Shown in pieces: positions 44,512-55,925 of a stretch of 64,000 nucleotides of DNA. The position numbers and the translations under genes are program-made. The notes beneath the pieces were generated by a model. The model was not told the DNA's origin, searched no databases, and saw only the letters and a list, made by a program, of their open reading frames with translations. Source of the DNA: an uncultured Chloroflexia bacterium (GTDB lineage Bacteria; Chloroflexota; Anaerolineae; CG2-30-64-16); NCBI GenBank assembly GCA_963810095.1, contig CAWEMM010000010.1, positions 128,001 through 192,000 on the forward strand, written 5' to 3'. Numbering within the stretch: position 1 is the stretch's first letter; every line of letters starts with the position of its first letter.

Positions 44512-47010
44512 TCAGTTGACCAGTTCCTCGGTCGCCTCGGTCACGGTCGGCGGCGGAGGGGCGATGGTGACGGCATGCTCGACGTCGAACGCGAGCTCCT
44601 TGTTCTCCCCCAGCGTGACGCGCACCTTGCTGCCCGGCTTCACCTTGCCCGTCAGCATGGCTTCACTGAGCTGATCCTCCAGCTTGTCCTGGATGATGCG
44701 GCGCAGCGGCCGAGCGCCGTATTCGGCGTCGTAGCCCTCTTCCGCCAGGAAATCCTTGACCTCGTCGGCTATTTCGAGCGTCACGGACTGCTCGACGAGC
44801 TGCTCGTTCATCCGGGCCAGCTCCAGCCCCACGATGTCGCGGATCTGGTCCTTGCTCAGGCTGCGGAATACCATCGTGCCGTCCAGGCGGTTCAGGAACT
44901 CGGGCCGGAAGGTGCGCTTCAGCGCCTCGGTCACACGTTCCCGCATCACCTGGTATTCGTCTTCCTGGCGGGCCGTGTCGTCGCGGGTAGTTGCGAACCC
45001 GAGGGCGCCGCCATGTTTGATCAGGTTGGCCCCCACGTTCGACGTCATGACCAGGATCGTGTTACGGAAGTCGATCCTCCGGCCCTTGGCGTCGGCCAGG
45101 CTGCCGTCCTCCATAATCTGGAGGAGCATGTTAAAGACCTCAGGATGGGCCTTCTCGATCTCGTCCAGCAGCACGACCGAGTAGGGCCGGCGGCGAACCG
45201 CCTCGCTCAACTGGCCGCCTTCCTCGTAACCCACATAGCCGGGCGGTGCACCCACCAGGCGGCTCACGTTGTGCCGCTCCATGAACTCGCTCATGTCGAT
45301 CTTGATGAGCGCTTCTTCCGAGCCGAACAGGAATTCGGCCAGGCTCTTGGCGAGCAGCGTCTTGCCGACGCCCGTCGGGCCGAGGAACATGAACGTGCCG
45401 ATGGGCCGCTTCGGGTCCTTAAGGCCGGTGCGCGCCCGGCGCACCGCCCGCGAGATCGCCTTGACCGGTTCGTCCTGGCCGACCACCCGCTTGTGCAGGT
45501 AGGACTCCATCTCGAGCAGGCGGGCCGTTTCCTCGCCCACCAGCCGGGTCATGGGGATGCCGGTCCACATGCCGACCACCTCGGCAATGTCCTCTTCGGT
45601 CACCACAGGCTGCGGTGCAGCGTCCTCCCAGCCCTTGCGGAGCTGTTCGAGCTGCTTCTCGAGGTCCATCTCGTGGTGGCGCAGGTCGAGTGCATCGTCG
45701 TAGCGCTTGGCTTCGACGGCCTCTTCCTTGGCCTTTTGCGTCGTGCGCAGCTCGCGGAACGCATCGCGGAGCGTGTTCGCATACGGCGCCTTGTACATGC
45801 GGACGCGGCTGGACGCCTCGTCGATCAGGTCGATCGCCTTATCGGGCATGAACCGGTCGGGCACGTAACGAGCCGACAGGCGGGCGGCGGCGTTAAGCGC
45901 CTCGTCGCTGATCTTGAGCTGGTGGTGCGCCTCGTACATCTTGCGCACGCCCTTCAGGATCTCGATGGTCTGCTCGATCGTCGGCTCGTCGACCAGGATG
46001 GGCTGGAAGCGGCGCTCGAGCGCAGCATCGCCTTCGATGTACTTCCGGTATTCGTCCAGTGTCGTCGCGCCGATGCACTGCAACTCGCCGCGGGCCAGCG
46101 CGGGCTTGAGCAGGTTCGCTGCGTCCACGCTGCTGCCGGCCGAGCCGGCGCCTACGAGCATGTGCACCTCGTCGATGAACAGGATCGCGTCGGAGTTCGT
46201 GATCTCCTCGATGACCTTCTTCAGGCGCTCTTCGAACTGGCCCCGGTACATGGTGCCGGCGACCAAGGAGCCCACGTCGAGCATGAGCACCCGCTTGTCC
46301 ATCAGCGTTTCGGGCACGTCGCCGTCGATGATCCGCTGTGCCAGGCCCTCCACGATCGCCGTTTTGCCGACGCCGGGCTCACCGATGAGCGCAGGGTTGT
46401 TCTTCGTGCGGCGGCTGAGGATCTGGATGACCCGCTCGATCTCTTTCTCGCGACCGATCACGGGGTCGAGCTTGCCCTCTTCCGCACGGGCGGTGAGGTC
46501 CATGCCCAACTGGTCGGTGAGCGGCGTCTTGCTCTCGCGCTTCTTAGTCGTTTTCTCCTGAAGCTGATTCTCCAGGATGGTGCGCGTGGTCTGCTGGCGA
46601 ATCTTATCCAGGCTCGCGCCGACGCTGCGCAGCACCTCGGCCGCAATGCCTTCGTCCTCGCGAACAAGGCCCAGCAGCAGGTGTTCCGTACCAATGTAGG
46701 AATGCCCCATCTGGCGGGCTTCCTCGACGGCCAACTCGATGACGCGCTTGGTGCGTGGCGTCAATGTCGGCTTGCCGAAGGGCGGGCGTGGGTTGCGCGG
46801 GGCCATCCGCTCGACCTGGCGAACCACTTCTGCCGGCGTCGCGCCGACTTCTTTCAGAACTTTCGAAGCCAGCCCGTTCTCTTCTTTTGCCAGGCCCAGC
46901 AGCAGGTGTTCGGTGCCCACATAGTTATGGTTGAGCCGCATGGCCTCTTCCTGGGCAATCTGCAGCACCTGTCGTGCATGTTTGGTAAATCGGTCCAGTT
47001 TGTCCGACAT
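44512..47010 (-). CDS. clpC: ATP-dependent Clp protease ATP-binding subunit ClpC
   Basis: Two Clp-N repeats (GTEHLLLGL), [11 protein letters not shown]-like middle domain, [11 protein letters not shown] loop. Confidence 0.96.
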   Translation of the reverse strand: MSDKLDRFTKHARQVLQIAQEEAMRLNHNYVGTEHLLLGLAKEENGLASKVLKEVGATPAEVVRQVERMAPRNPRPPFGKPTLTPRTKRVIELAVEEARQMGHSYIGTEHLLLGLVREDEGIAAEVLRSVGASLDKIRQQTTRTILENQLQEKTTKKRESKTPLTDQLGMDLTARAEEGKLDPVIGREKEIERVIQILSRRTKNNPALIGEPGVGKTAIVEGLAQRIIDGDVPETLMDKRVLMLDVGSLVAGTMYRGQFEERLKKVIEEITNSDAILFIDEVHMLVGAGSAGSSVDAANLLKPALARGELQCIGATTLDEYRKYIEGDAALERRFQPILVDEPTIEQTIEILKGVRKMYEAHHQLKISDEALNAAARLSARYVPDRFMPDKAIDLIDEASSRVRMYKAPYANTLRDAFRELRTTQKAKEEAVEAKRYDDALDLRHHEMDLEKQLEQLRKGWEDAAPQPVVTEEDIAEVVGMWTGIPMTRLVGEETARLLEMESYLHKRVVGQDEPVKAISRAVRRARTGLKDPKRPIGTFMFLGPTGVGKTLLAKSLAEFLFGSEEALIKIDMSEFMERHNVSRLVGAPPGYVGYEEGGQLSEAVRRRPYSVVLLDEIEKAHPEVFNMLLQIMEDGSLADAKGRRIDFRNTILVMTSNVGANLIKHGGALGFATTRDDTARQEDEYQVMRERVTEALKRTFRPEFLNRLDGTMVFRSLSKDQIRDIVGLELARMNEQLVEQSVTLEIADEVKDFLAEEGYDAEYGARPLRRIIQDKLEDQLSEAMLTGKVKPGSKVRVTLGENKELAFDVEHAVTIAPPPPTVTEATEELVN

Positions 47011-47449
47011 AGTATTCTCATCCTTCACGAGTGCGACTCGTGCGTGAACGCCGTTCCTTCACGAGTTGGCGCCTGCGTAGAGGCTGTCTTCGTGACTAAT
47101 TCAACTCGTACTCGCACCCTGTGCGTCGTCATGCGAGCTTTTGTGCCGCTGCATATGCCTAACGGTCCACTGCCGGCCGCCGTTCCCTGTTCAGCGATCC
47201 AGGTGGCCCCGGTCACAAACGATTATAACATAAGCCGAAAGGGGTGTCGTAAGCCGCGTTCCTGTGACTTTTCTCCCCTACGTCCGCCATCATTCAACGG
47301 ACCTTGATGTTAGATGCCTGGCGGCCGCCAGGGTTACCATAACCACGATCCCGCCGATAAAAACAGGGGCGGCGCACTGTTGTGCCTCCGCCCCCTTGGG
47401 TAGCAAGTGTATAGGTTACGGATCCGCCGCCCGATGGGCGACCGGCGAG

Positions 47450-48685
47450 CTACACCTGCTCTACGGGAAGCACCTCCGCAGGCACGCCTTCCAGGACGTT
47501 CAGCGCCTCGTCTGCGTCAGACTCGTCGGCGTCAGCCGCCCAGTCGACGTAGTTGTCGTCAGACGCCTGGCGCAGGCTCAGGCCGATGCGGCGATGCTGC
47601 GGATCGATCCGAATGACCCGCACTTGCACGACGTCGCCTTCCTGGACGATTTCTTTGGGATGGTTGATGCGATAGTCGGCCATCTCCGAGATATGAATCA
47701 GGCCCTCGATCGAGTCGTCCATCTTGGCAAAGGCGCCAAAAGCGGCCAGGCGCGTGACGGTGGCGGTAATGACCTGGCCCACCACGTAGCGATCGGCAAC
47801 GACGCTCCATGGTTCCGGCGACAGCCGGCGCAGGCTCAGCCCAATGCGCTTGCGTTCCTCGTCCACGTTCATCACGTAGACTTCGACTTCCTGGCCCACC
47901 CGCAAGATTTCGCGCGGGTGCTCCACCCGGTGCCAGGCCAGTTCTGAAAGGTGGATCAGGCCGTCGGCCCCGCCCAAATCGACGAAGGCGCCGAAGTCGG
48001 CAATGCTGGTGACGATGCCCTTCAGAATGTCGCCCTTGTTAAGGGTGGAAAGCAGGCGGTCCTTCTGGTTCTTGCGCCAGTCACGCATGGCAGCCCGTTC
48101 GGACAGGATCAGGCGATTGCGCTGCCGGTCCATTTCGACGACCTTCAGCTGCATGTTCTGGCCGACCAACCGTGCCCAGCGCTGCTCCGGGTCGCCTTCT
48201 GCATCCTGCTGGGCCTGCCAACGGGCAGACAGCTGCGAGGCCGGGACAAACCCTCGCACCCGTCCCACCCGAACGATCACGCCACCGCGATTGTAGCCGG
48301 TGACCACACCCTCAAAGACGTCTTGCGACTGGAATAGTTCCTCAGCCTGACGCCAGTCCTGTTCCTGCTGCGCCCGCGCCAGCGAGATGACGACGTTGCC
48401 GTCGCGGTCTTCTGGCTGTACGACGACCGCAGTGATGGGGTCGCCGACGGCGACGGTCTCCAGGAACTCTTTCCCCAGCCGCTCCAATTCTCGGGGATCG
48501 ACGATGGCATCGGCCTTGTACGGGATTGCGACGAGGACTTGATTGGGGCTGATGCTGACGATGGTGCCTTCGACCGTGTCGCCCTGGCGTAACTGTGAGA
48601 AGGTCAAGAGGTCTAGCGACAGGGCGTCCATGGGGTTGGGCTCGGCTGCAGGTTGGGCAGACTGCAGCGCTTTCTGCGTCTTCAT
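47450..48685 (-). CDS. Ribosomal protein S1-like protein (4 S1 domains)
   Basis: GFVPASQL, FGAFVDLGGADGLIHLSEL, IEGLIHISEM, RIGLSLR repeats. Confidence 0.93.
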   Translation of the reverse strand: MKTQKALQSAQPAAEPNPMDALSLDLLTFSQLRQGDTVEGTIVSISPNQVLVAIPYKADAIVDPRELERLGKEFLETVAVGDPITAVVVQPEDRDGNVVISLARAQQEQDWRQAEELFQSQDVFEGVVTGYNRGGVIVRVGRVRGFVPASQLSARWQAQQDAEGDPEQRWARLVGQNMQLKVVEMDRQRNRLILSERAAMRDWRKNQKDRLLSTLNKGDILKGIVTSIADFGAFVDLGGADGLIHLSELAWHRVEHPREILRVGQEVEVYVMNVDEERKRIGLSLRRLSPEPWSVVADRYVVGQVITATVTRLAAFGAFAKMDDSIEGLIHISEMADYRINHPKEIVQEGDVVQVRVIRIDPQHRRIGLSLRQASDDNYVDWAADADESDADEALNVLEGVPAEVLPVEQV

Positions 48686-48847
48686 GAGAATGATGGCTCC
48701 CCCTCCAACAAAGACTGAAACGGATTATACCGGACTACCGGAGAACGCGCAAGTAGAGTGCTGGCGAGAAGGGCAGTTCTCGTCTTACACGATTGGATGT
48801 GTCTCCTGCGAGTGGAAACTTTTGTTGGCAAACGCTATGCTTCGACG

Positions 48848-49231
48848 TCAGCGTTGGGGCACGTACGCGACCATTTCGATCTCGACCAGGGCCTTGCGCG
48901 GCAGGCCGGCGACTTGGACGGTCGAACGCGCCGGCGGCTGGGTCACGAATTCTGCGGCATAGAGCGTGTTGACGACCTGGAAGTCTGCCATGTCGGCCAG
49001 GAAGATGGTCGTCTTGATCACATGCTCGAACCCCGTGTTCGCCGCGGCGAGCACCGCGTGCAGGTTCGCCAGCACCTGGCGCATCTGGGCCTCGACACCC
49101 TCGACCAGCTTGCCGGATTCGGGCTCCAGCCCGATCTGGCCGGAGGTGAAGACGAAGTCGCCTGCGCGCACGGCCTGGCTGTAGGGGCCGATGGCGGCCG
49201 GGGCGGACGACGTGTTGATGATCTCAGGCAT
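48848..49231 (-). CDS. RidA-family enamine/imine deaminase
   Basis: APAAIGPYSQA, SGQIG, PARSTV, VEIE. Confidence 0.96.
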   Translation of the reverse strand: MPEIINTSSAPAAIGPYSQAVRAGDFVFTSGQIGLEPESGKLVEGVEAQMRQVLANLHAVLAAANTGFEHVIKTTIFLADMADFQVVNTLYAAEFVTQPPARSTVQVAGLPRKALVEIEMVAYVPQR

Positions 49232-49258
49232 AGGTGGCCTCCGCGTCATGGTATCAAT

Positions 49259-49309
49259 AAACCTTCGAGGTTGCGTCACCCGGGGTGACGGTCGAAACCT
49301 CGAAGGTTT
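49259..49309. repeat. REP-like palindrome, class A
   Basis: AAACCTTCGAGGTT-(GTCACCC/GGGTGAC hairpin)-AACCTCGAAGGTTT. Confidence 0.75.
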
Positions 49310-49321
49310 TGAGTGTCGCTG

Positions 49322-52210
49322 CTACGCAACCACGATATTGATCAGCTTGCCGCCCGCAAAGATGACCTTGCGCACTTGCTTGCCTTCAAACCACTTCTGC
49401 ACCGAGGGGCTGTTCAGCGCCAGCTCGCGCGCCTGGTCTTCCGTGATCCCCGCCGGCGCCTCGAGGCGGTCGCGCACCTTGCCGTTCACCTGGACCACCA
49501 GCGTCACGACGTCGGCCTTGGCCAACTCGGGGTCGTATTTCGGCCACGGGTGCACGTGGACGCTCTTGTCGGGGTCAAACCCACCGTCGGCCGCCCCTCC
49601 GGTCCCGTGGCGCTCCTGCCACAGTTCCTCGGCAATGTGCGGCATGGCCGGCGCCATCATCAGGATCAGGCTGTCGATCGCTTCATCCCAGGCCGGCGTC
49701 CCGACGACTGCCGTCTCGCGCGCCTTGATCAGGTAATTGTTAAACTCCATCAGCGCGCTGATTACGGTATTCCACTTGAACGTCTCGACGTCTTCGGTGA
49801 CCTTTTGCAGCGTCTTGTGCGTCATGTGGCGCAGCTCGCGCACCTGCCCGTCCGCCGCATCCTGAGCGGGCGCCAGCGAAGCTGGCGTGGTCGAAGGACG
49901 CTCGGCCACCACCGCCCACACCCGCTCCAGAAAGCGCTTCACGCCTTCGATGCCCGTAAAATTCCAGGGTCCGCCTGCGTCCCAGGGGCCGATGAACATC
50001 AGGTACGCCCGCACCGTGTCCGCGCCATACTTCTCCACGTAGCCGTCGGGTGCCACGACGTTGCCACGGCTCTTGCTCATGCGCAGGCCGTCAGGCCCGA
50101 GGATGATGCCCTGATTGAACAGCCGCAGCATCGGCTCGCGGAAGTTGACCACGCCCATGTCGGCCAGCGCCTTGGTGAAGAAGCGGGTGTACAGCAGGTG
50201 CATCGTGGCATGCTCGTGCCCGCCTGTGTACTGGTCGACGGGCAGCCAGTAGTCACCCTTCGCGCGGTCCCACGGCAGGTCATCCGGGCTCAGCTTTTCG
50301 CCGGCCTTCCAATAAGGCGAGACGTACGCGTACTGGTACCACGAGGAGCACATGAACGTGTCCATCGTGTCCGTCTCGCGCCGGGCCGGCCCGCCGCACT
50401 GGGGGCAGGTGGTATGCAGGAAGCCCTCGTGGAACTTCAGCGCGTTCTCGCCGGTCGGCGGCACCTTGGCATCGGTGGGCAAGATCACGGGGAGGTTCTC
50501 GTACTTCTCGGGCACGACGCCGCATTGCTCGCAGTAGATCATGGGAATCGGCGCGCCCCAGTAGCGCTGCCGGCTGATCAACCAGTCGTGCAGGCGGTAC
50601 TGGACGTCGAACCGGCCCAGGCCCTGCGACTGCAGCCACTCGGTCACCTTCGCCTTGGCGACGTCGCCCGGCGTGCCGGTGAACGCGCCCGAGTGGATCA
50701 TGGTCCCGTAATCGTGGTGATGCAGCACGTCGCGATACCACTCGACCGCGTGCCACATCGCCATGGTCGTGGCAAACTGCCGGGTGTAGTCGTACCCCGC
50801 ATGGCAGCGGGCCATGATTGCGCTGTCCGCCTCGACCGAGTCCAGCGTCAGCGCCTCGACGGTGTCGGGGGCTGCGTCGCGGAACACGACCTGCCAGCCC
50901 AGCCCGACGATGTCTGCCCAGTGGCCCGGCTTGAGGTGCTGCTGCAGCAGGTCGCGATAGGTCGCGACTTGCCCCTCTCCCTCCAGCTCGACGCCGACGA
51001 AATCGCCGCGGCCCGGGATCGTCAGCGGGCTCCAGCGCAGGTGTGCCGCGGTCAACGCGCCGGCAAAATCGCCCTCGACCGAGCCGGTCCAGACGGCGCT
51101 CTTCGCCCGGCCGTCGTTCCGCTCGATAACGGGGATGACCGGCAGCCCGAACTTCATGGCGAACGCAAAGTCGCGCTCGTCGTGCGCCGGCACACCCATG
51201 ATGGCGCCCGTCCCGTACGACATCATCACATAGTCCGCGATCCAGATCGGGACGCGTTTTCCGTTGACCGGGTTGATCGCATATGCGCCGGTGGCAACGC
51301 CGGTCTTCTCGCGCTCGGCCGTCGCGCGCTCGATCTCAGTCTGCATGCCCGTCTGCGCCTGGTAGGCTTTGACCCGCTCGCGATGCGACTCGGGCGTCAG
51401 CTTGTCGACCAGGGGGTGCTCGGGGGCGAGCACCATGAAGGTGGCTCCCCACAGGGTATCAGGGCGAGTGGTGAACACCACCAGCTCGTCGCCCTGTTCG
51501 CTCTTGAAAGCCACCTCGGCGCCTTCACTGCGGTCGCCGATCCAATTCGTCTGTGCCTGCCGGATGCGCTCGGGCCAGTCGATATTGTCAAACCGTTTCA
51601 GTTCTTCGGCGTAGTCCGTGATCTTGAAGTACCACTGTTCGAGCAGGCGGCGCTCCACCTGGCTGTCGCAGCGTTCGCAGCGGCGGTCGTCGCCCACGAC
51701 CTGCTCGCGCGCCAGGGTCGTGTTGCACGTCGGGCAGAAATCGACGGGGCTCTTTTTGCGGTAGGCCAGGCCCGCGTCGTGCAGCTTGAGGAAGAACCAC
51801 TGCGACCACTTGTAGTATTCCGGCTCGCAGCTGACGGCCTCGTGTTCCCATGACCACATCGCACCCATCGTGCGCAGTTGCCCGCGCATCCGGTCGATGT
51901 TCTGCATCGTCCACGTGTAGGGGTGGGTGCCGTGGCGGATCGCGGCGTTTTCCGCCGGCAGGCCGAATGCATCGAAGCCAATGGGGAAGAAGACGTTGTG
52001 CCCCTGCATGCGCCGGTAACGCGCGCCTGCATCGGAGGGCGTCATCGCATACCAGTGGCCGATGTGCAGGTCGCCTGAGGGGTAGGGGAGCATGGTAAGG
52101 AAGTACCATTTCGGCCGGTCGGCAACCTCGCGCGTCACGTACAGGCCGCTCTCGGCCCATAACTTGTGCCACTTCGGCTCGATGTCCTGCGGAATGTACT
52201 TCGTGTTCAT
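49322..52210 (-). CDS. leuS: Leucine--tRNA ligase with a large insertion in the CP1 domain
   Basis: PYPSGDLHIGH, FTTRPDT, GTGAIMGVPAHD, SRQRYWG, RMSKS. Confidence 0.98.
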   Translation of the reverse strand: MNTKYIPQDIEPKWHKLWAESGLYVTREVADRPKWYFLTMLPYPSGDLHIGHWYAMTPSDAGARYRRMQGHNVFFPIGFDAFGLPAENAAIRHGTHPYTWTMQNIDRMRGQLRTMGAMWSWEHEAVSCEPEYYKWSQWFFLKLHDAGLAYRKKSPVDFCPTCNTTLAREQVVGDDRRCERCDSQVERRLLEQWYFKITDYAEELKRFDNIDWPERIRQAQTNWIGDRSEGAEVAFKSEQGDELVVFTTRPDTLWGATFMVLAPEHPLVDKLTPESHRERVKAYQAQTGMQTEIERATAEREKTGVATGAYAINPVNGKRVPIWIADYVMMSYGTGAIMGVPAHDERDFAFAMKFGLPVIPVIERNDGRAKSAVWTGSVEGDFAGALTAAHLRWSPLTIPGRGDFVGVELEGEGQVATYRDLLQQHLKPGHWADIVGLGWQVVFRDAAPDTVEALTLDSVEADSAIMARCHAGYDYTRQFATTMAMWHAVEWYRDVLHHHDYGTMIHSGAFTGTPGDVAKAKVTEWLQSQGLGRFDVQYRLHDWLISRQRYWGAPIPMIYCEQCGVVPEKYENLPVILPTDAKVPPTGENALKFHEGFLHTTCPQCGGPARRETDTMDTFMCSSWYQYAYVSPYWKAGEKLSPDDLPWDRAKGDYWLPVDQYTGGHEHATMHLLYTRFFTKALADMGVVNFREPMLRLFNQGIILGPDGLRMSKSRGNVVAPDGYVEKYGADTVRAYLMFIGPWDAGGPWNFTGIEGVKRFLERVWAVVAERPSTTPASLAPAQDAADGQVRELRHMTHKTLQKVTEDVETFKWNTVISALMEFNNYLIKARETAVVGTPAWDEAIDSLILMMAPAMPHIAEELWQERHGTGGAADGGFDPDKSVHVHPWPKYDPELAKADVVTLVVQVNGKVRDRLEAPAGITEDQARELALNSPSVQKWFEGKQVRKVIFAGGKLINIVVA

Positions 52211-52272
52211 GCGGCTCCCTATCTTCCCTGTGGGCTTACTGTTCTGCGCAGCAGGACAGTTAACAATTAGAC

Positions 52273-52312
52273 AACGAAAAATCCCCTTCGCCTACTAGGT
52301 CGAAGGGGACTC
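52273..52312 (-). terminator. Intrinsic terminator between tRNA-Ala and leuS
   Basis: TCCCCTTCG...CGAAGGGGA followed by TTTTT. Confidence 0.8.
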
Positions 52313-52338
52313 GTGCACACCAAACTGGTAGCCGGTAG

Positions 52339-52411
<73 letters not shown>

Positions 52412-52501
52412 ATTCTCGCCGACCTTCGTTCCTAAGTGGATTGGCCTTCCTTTCGAAGGTGATCGGGCGTAAGCATTGCGGTCCCCAGTTGGTTGTGCCA
52501 G

Positions 52502-52574
52502 TGGAGCTGAGGGGACTCGAACCCCTTGCCTCTACAGTGCGATTGTAGCGCTCTCCCAGATGAGCTACAGCCCC
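52502..52574 (-). tRNA. tRNA-Ala(CGC)
   Basis: G3:U70, CTACA-ATCGCAC-TGTAG. Confidence 0.96.
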
Positions 52575-52858
52575 GACAGGTAAGCGTGAGTATACGCAGA
52601 TGGGGCGAAAGTGTCAAATACCGCGGGCATTCTCCGGTTGCGCCGGCTTTTCTGACCACGACGACACGAAGAACCGAGCGCTCACGAAGCCGGCGCAGGT
52701 GCTTGAGGGACCGCCTTTGTGGTCCTGTGTGTCGCCGGGTCTTCGTGGTGAGACGGATATTCCTGCACCTTGACAGGCAGGCAAGCGCAAAGTATCATCA
52801 CCACGGTTTGTGATCCTGGTTTCAAGGCCGTTTCGTTTCGCATGACAGGAGGGCAAGC

Positions 52859-53296
52859 ATGGGTTTCTCCGGTAATTTCTGGATCGACGTCCACATGGTG
52901 TGGCGCTGGGTGCTGCTGGCGGCCGGCCTGGCGGTCATCGTCAAGGCCCTGCTCGGGTGGCTGGGCAAGAAGCCGTGGGGCAAGCTGGACGACCAGTTGG
53001 GCATGTTCTACACCATCGCCGTCGATATCCAGTTCCTGCTCGGCCTGATCCTGTGGTTCGTCGGGCCGTTCAAGATCACGAATGCCGGCGCACTGATGTC
53101 GAGCCCACTTGCCCGCTTCTACATCATCGAACATCCGCTCCTCATGCTGGTGGCCCTGGCGTTGGCTCACATCGGCCGGAGCCGGTCGCGCAAGGCCGAG
53201 CCGGATGTGCAGAAGCACAAGATGGCCTTCATCTTCTACCTGTTGAGCTTCCTGTTCATCGTCCTGATCTTCATCCTGCGCATCAGCATTCGCTGA
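52859..53296 (+). CDS. Four-TM membrane protein with His residues (possibly cytochrome b-like)
   Basis: GGAGG SD; HxxWRW, DIQFLLGL, EHP, AHIG; four hydrophobic segments. Confidence 0.8.
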   Translation: MGFSGNFWIDVHMVWRWVLLAAGLAVIVKALLGWLGKKPWGKLDDQLGMFYTIAVDIQFLLGLILWFVGPFKITNAGALMSSPLARFYIIEHPLLMLVALALAHIGRSRSRKAEPDVQKHKMAFIFYLLSFLFIVLIFILRISIR

Positions 53297-53345
53297 TACG
53301 CGGCGTGCTCGCCCCCGCGAGCCGATTGCTGCTAAAATCTAGCCG

Positions 53346-54260
53346 ATGGCCTTCGAGAACTACCAACTGTACCGGATCGGGTTCTGGCTGGTGCGGCGTT
53401 TGCCGCGCGGCCTGCTCTACTTTGTCGCCGGCATGATCGCCGAGCTGAACTTCGGCTTCAACCGGACCGGCCGCCTGGGAGTCTACGACAACCTGGACCA
53501 CGTGCTGGGCCGGTCGGTCAGCCGCTTCACCCGCTGGCGGTATGGCCGCTCGGCCTTCCGGCACTTCGCCTATTCCGTGATCGATCTGTTCCTGATCCCG
53601 GGCCTGCGGCTCGAGAACATGAACGAGTTCGTCGCATCGATTCGCGGTATGGAGCACATCGAGGCGTGCCGGGCCGAAGGCAAGGGCGGGATCTTCATGA
53701 CGGTGCACATGGGCAGTTGGGAGTTGGCCGGCGCCGCGATGGGCCTGCTCGGGGTGCCCGTGACGGCAGCCGTGCTGAAACATTCAGATCCCCGCATCGA
53801 CCGCATCTTTGCCGACATCCGGAAGCGCGGCCAGATGCAGGAGGTTCCGGTCGGCGGGGCCTTACCGAAACTGGAAGCGGCGGTGGCCCAGGGCCGCTTC
53901 ATCGCGCTCGTGTCTGATCGTGACGTGAAGGGCTCGGGGATGAAGGTCACGTTCTTCGGAGAGGAAACGACCCTGCCCACCGGGCACGCAAGGATCGCCG
54001 CCCGCACGGGCGCATGGATCCTGCCCGGTCTGACGTATCGCACGCGTGATCACCGGATCATGATCGAAATTCGCCCGCCCATCATCCCACGCCCCGGCGA
54101 GACCGAAGAAGAGTTGATGGCGCGCAGCATTCCAGAGCTCGAGGCGATGATCCGCGCGCACCCCGACCAGTGGTCGTCATTCTTCAACTTGTGGAGCAAG
54201 ACCCGCCGTCCCGTGCGCTGGCAGCATCTGAGAAACAGGAAGCCCGCCCGGGGCGAATAA
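53346..54260 (+). CDS. Lysophospholipid/lipid A lauroyl-type acyltransferase (PatA/HtrB family)
   Basis: HMGSWE, DRD, FFG, HPDQW. Confidence 0.9.
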   Translation: MAFENYQLYRIGFWLVRRLPRGLLYFVAGMIAELNFGFNRTGRLGVYDNLDHVLGRSVSRFTRWRYGRSAFRHFAYSVIDLFLIPGLRLENMNEFVASIRGMEHIEACRAEGKGGIFMTVHMGSWELAGAAMGLLGVPVTAAVLKHSDPRIDRIFADIRKRGQMQEVPVGGALPKLEAAVAQGRFIALVSDRDVKGSGMKVTFFGEETTLPTGHARIAARTGAWILPGLTYRTRDHRIMIEIRPPIIPRPGETEEELMARSIPELEAMIRAHPDQWSSFFNLWSKTRRPVRWQHLRNRKPARGE

Positions 54261-54297
54261 GGATTTGCCACAGAGGGCGCAGAGGCGCCTCGGACGC

Positions 54298-54330
54298 AGA
54301 AACCAGGTTTCTTCAAGAAACCTGGTTTCT
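54298..54330. repeat. REP-like palindrome, class A2
   Basis: AGAAACCAGGTTTCT-tca-AGAAACCTGGTTTCT; relatives at 36699 and 62104. Confidence 0.8.
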
Positions 54331-54345
54331 TTAATGTTCGTGTGG

Positions 54346-55738
<1,393 letters not shown>

Positions 55739-55925
55739 CGGGGACTCCTGTCGGGTGCTGTGCATTTGCCTCATTATAGCGTCACGGTGACCGTATGACC
55801 GCAATCATTGACCCTCGGCGAGCGGTCATGCTAACTTGCGATTGGGGGGCAAGGTCGGCCCTCACCCCACTACTTGCCGCCGTGCTCTTTGCGGTACGCT
55901 GAAGTATCAAAAGGAAGCAAGCCGG

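Noticed and set aside
44461-47307. 948-aa plus-strand ORF, and similar long ORFs at 49313-51853, 10970-12547, 2253-3509 and 38682-40298
   Set aside because: Antisense shadows of clpC, leuS, thrS, tuf and the ATPase produced by high GC3 codon bias; no motifs of their own.
50711-51125. Intein in leuS
   Set aside because: No N-terminal Cys/Ser block, no His-Asn followed by Cys/Ser/Thr, and no endonuclease motifs.
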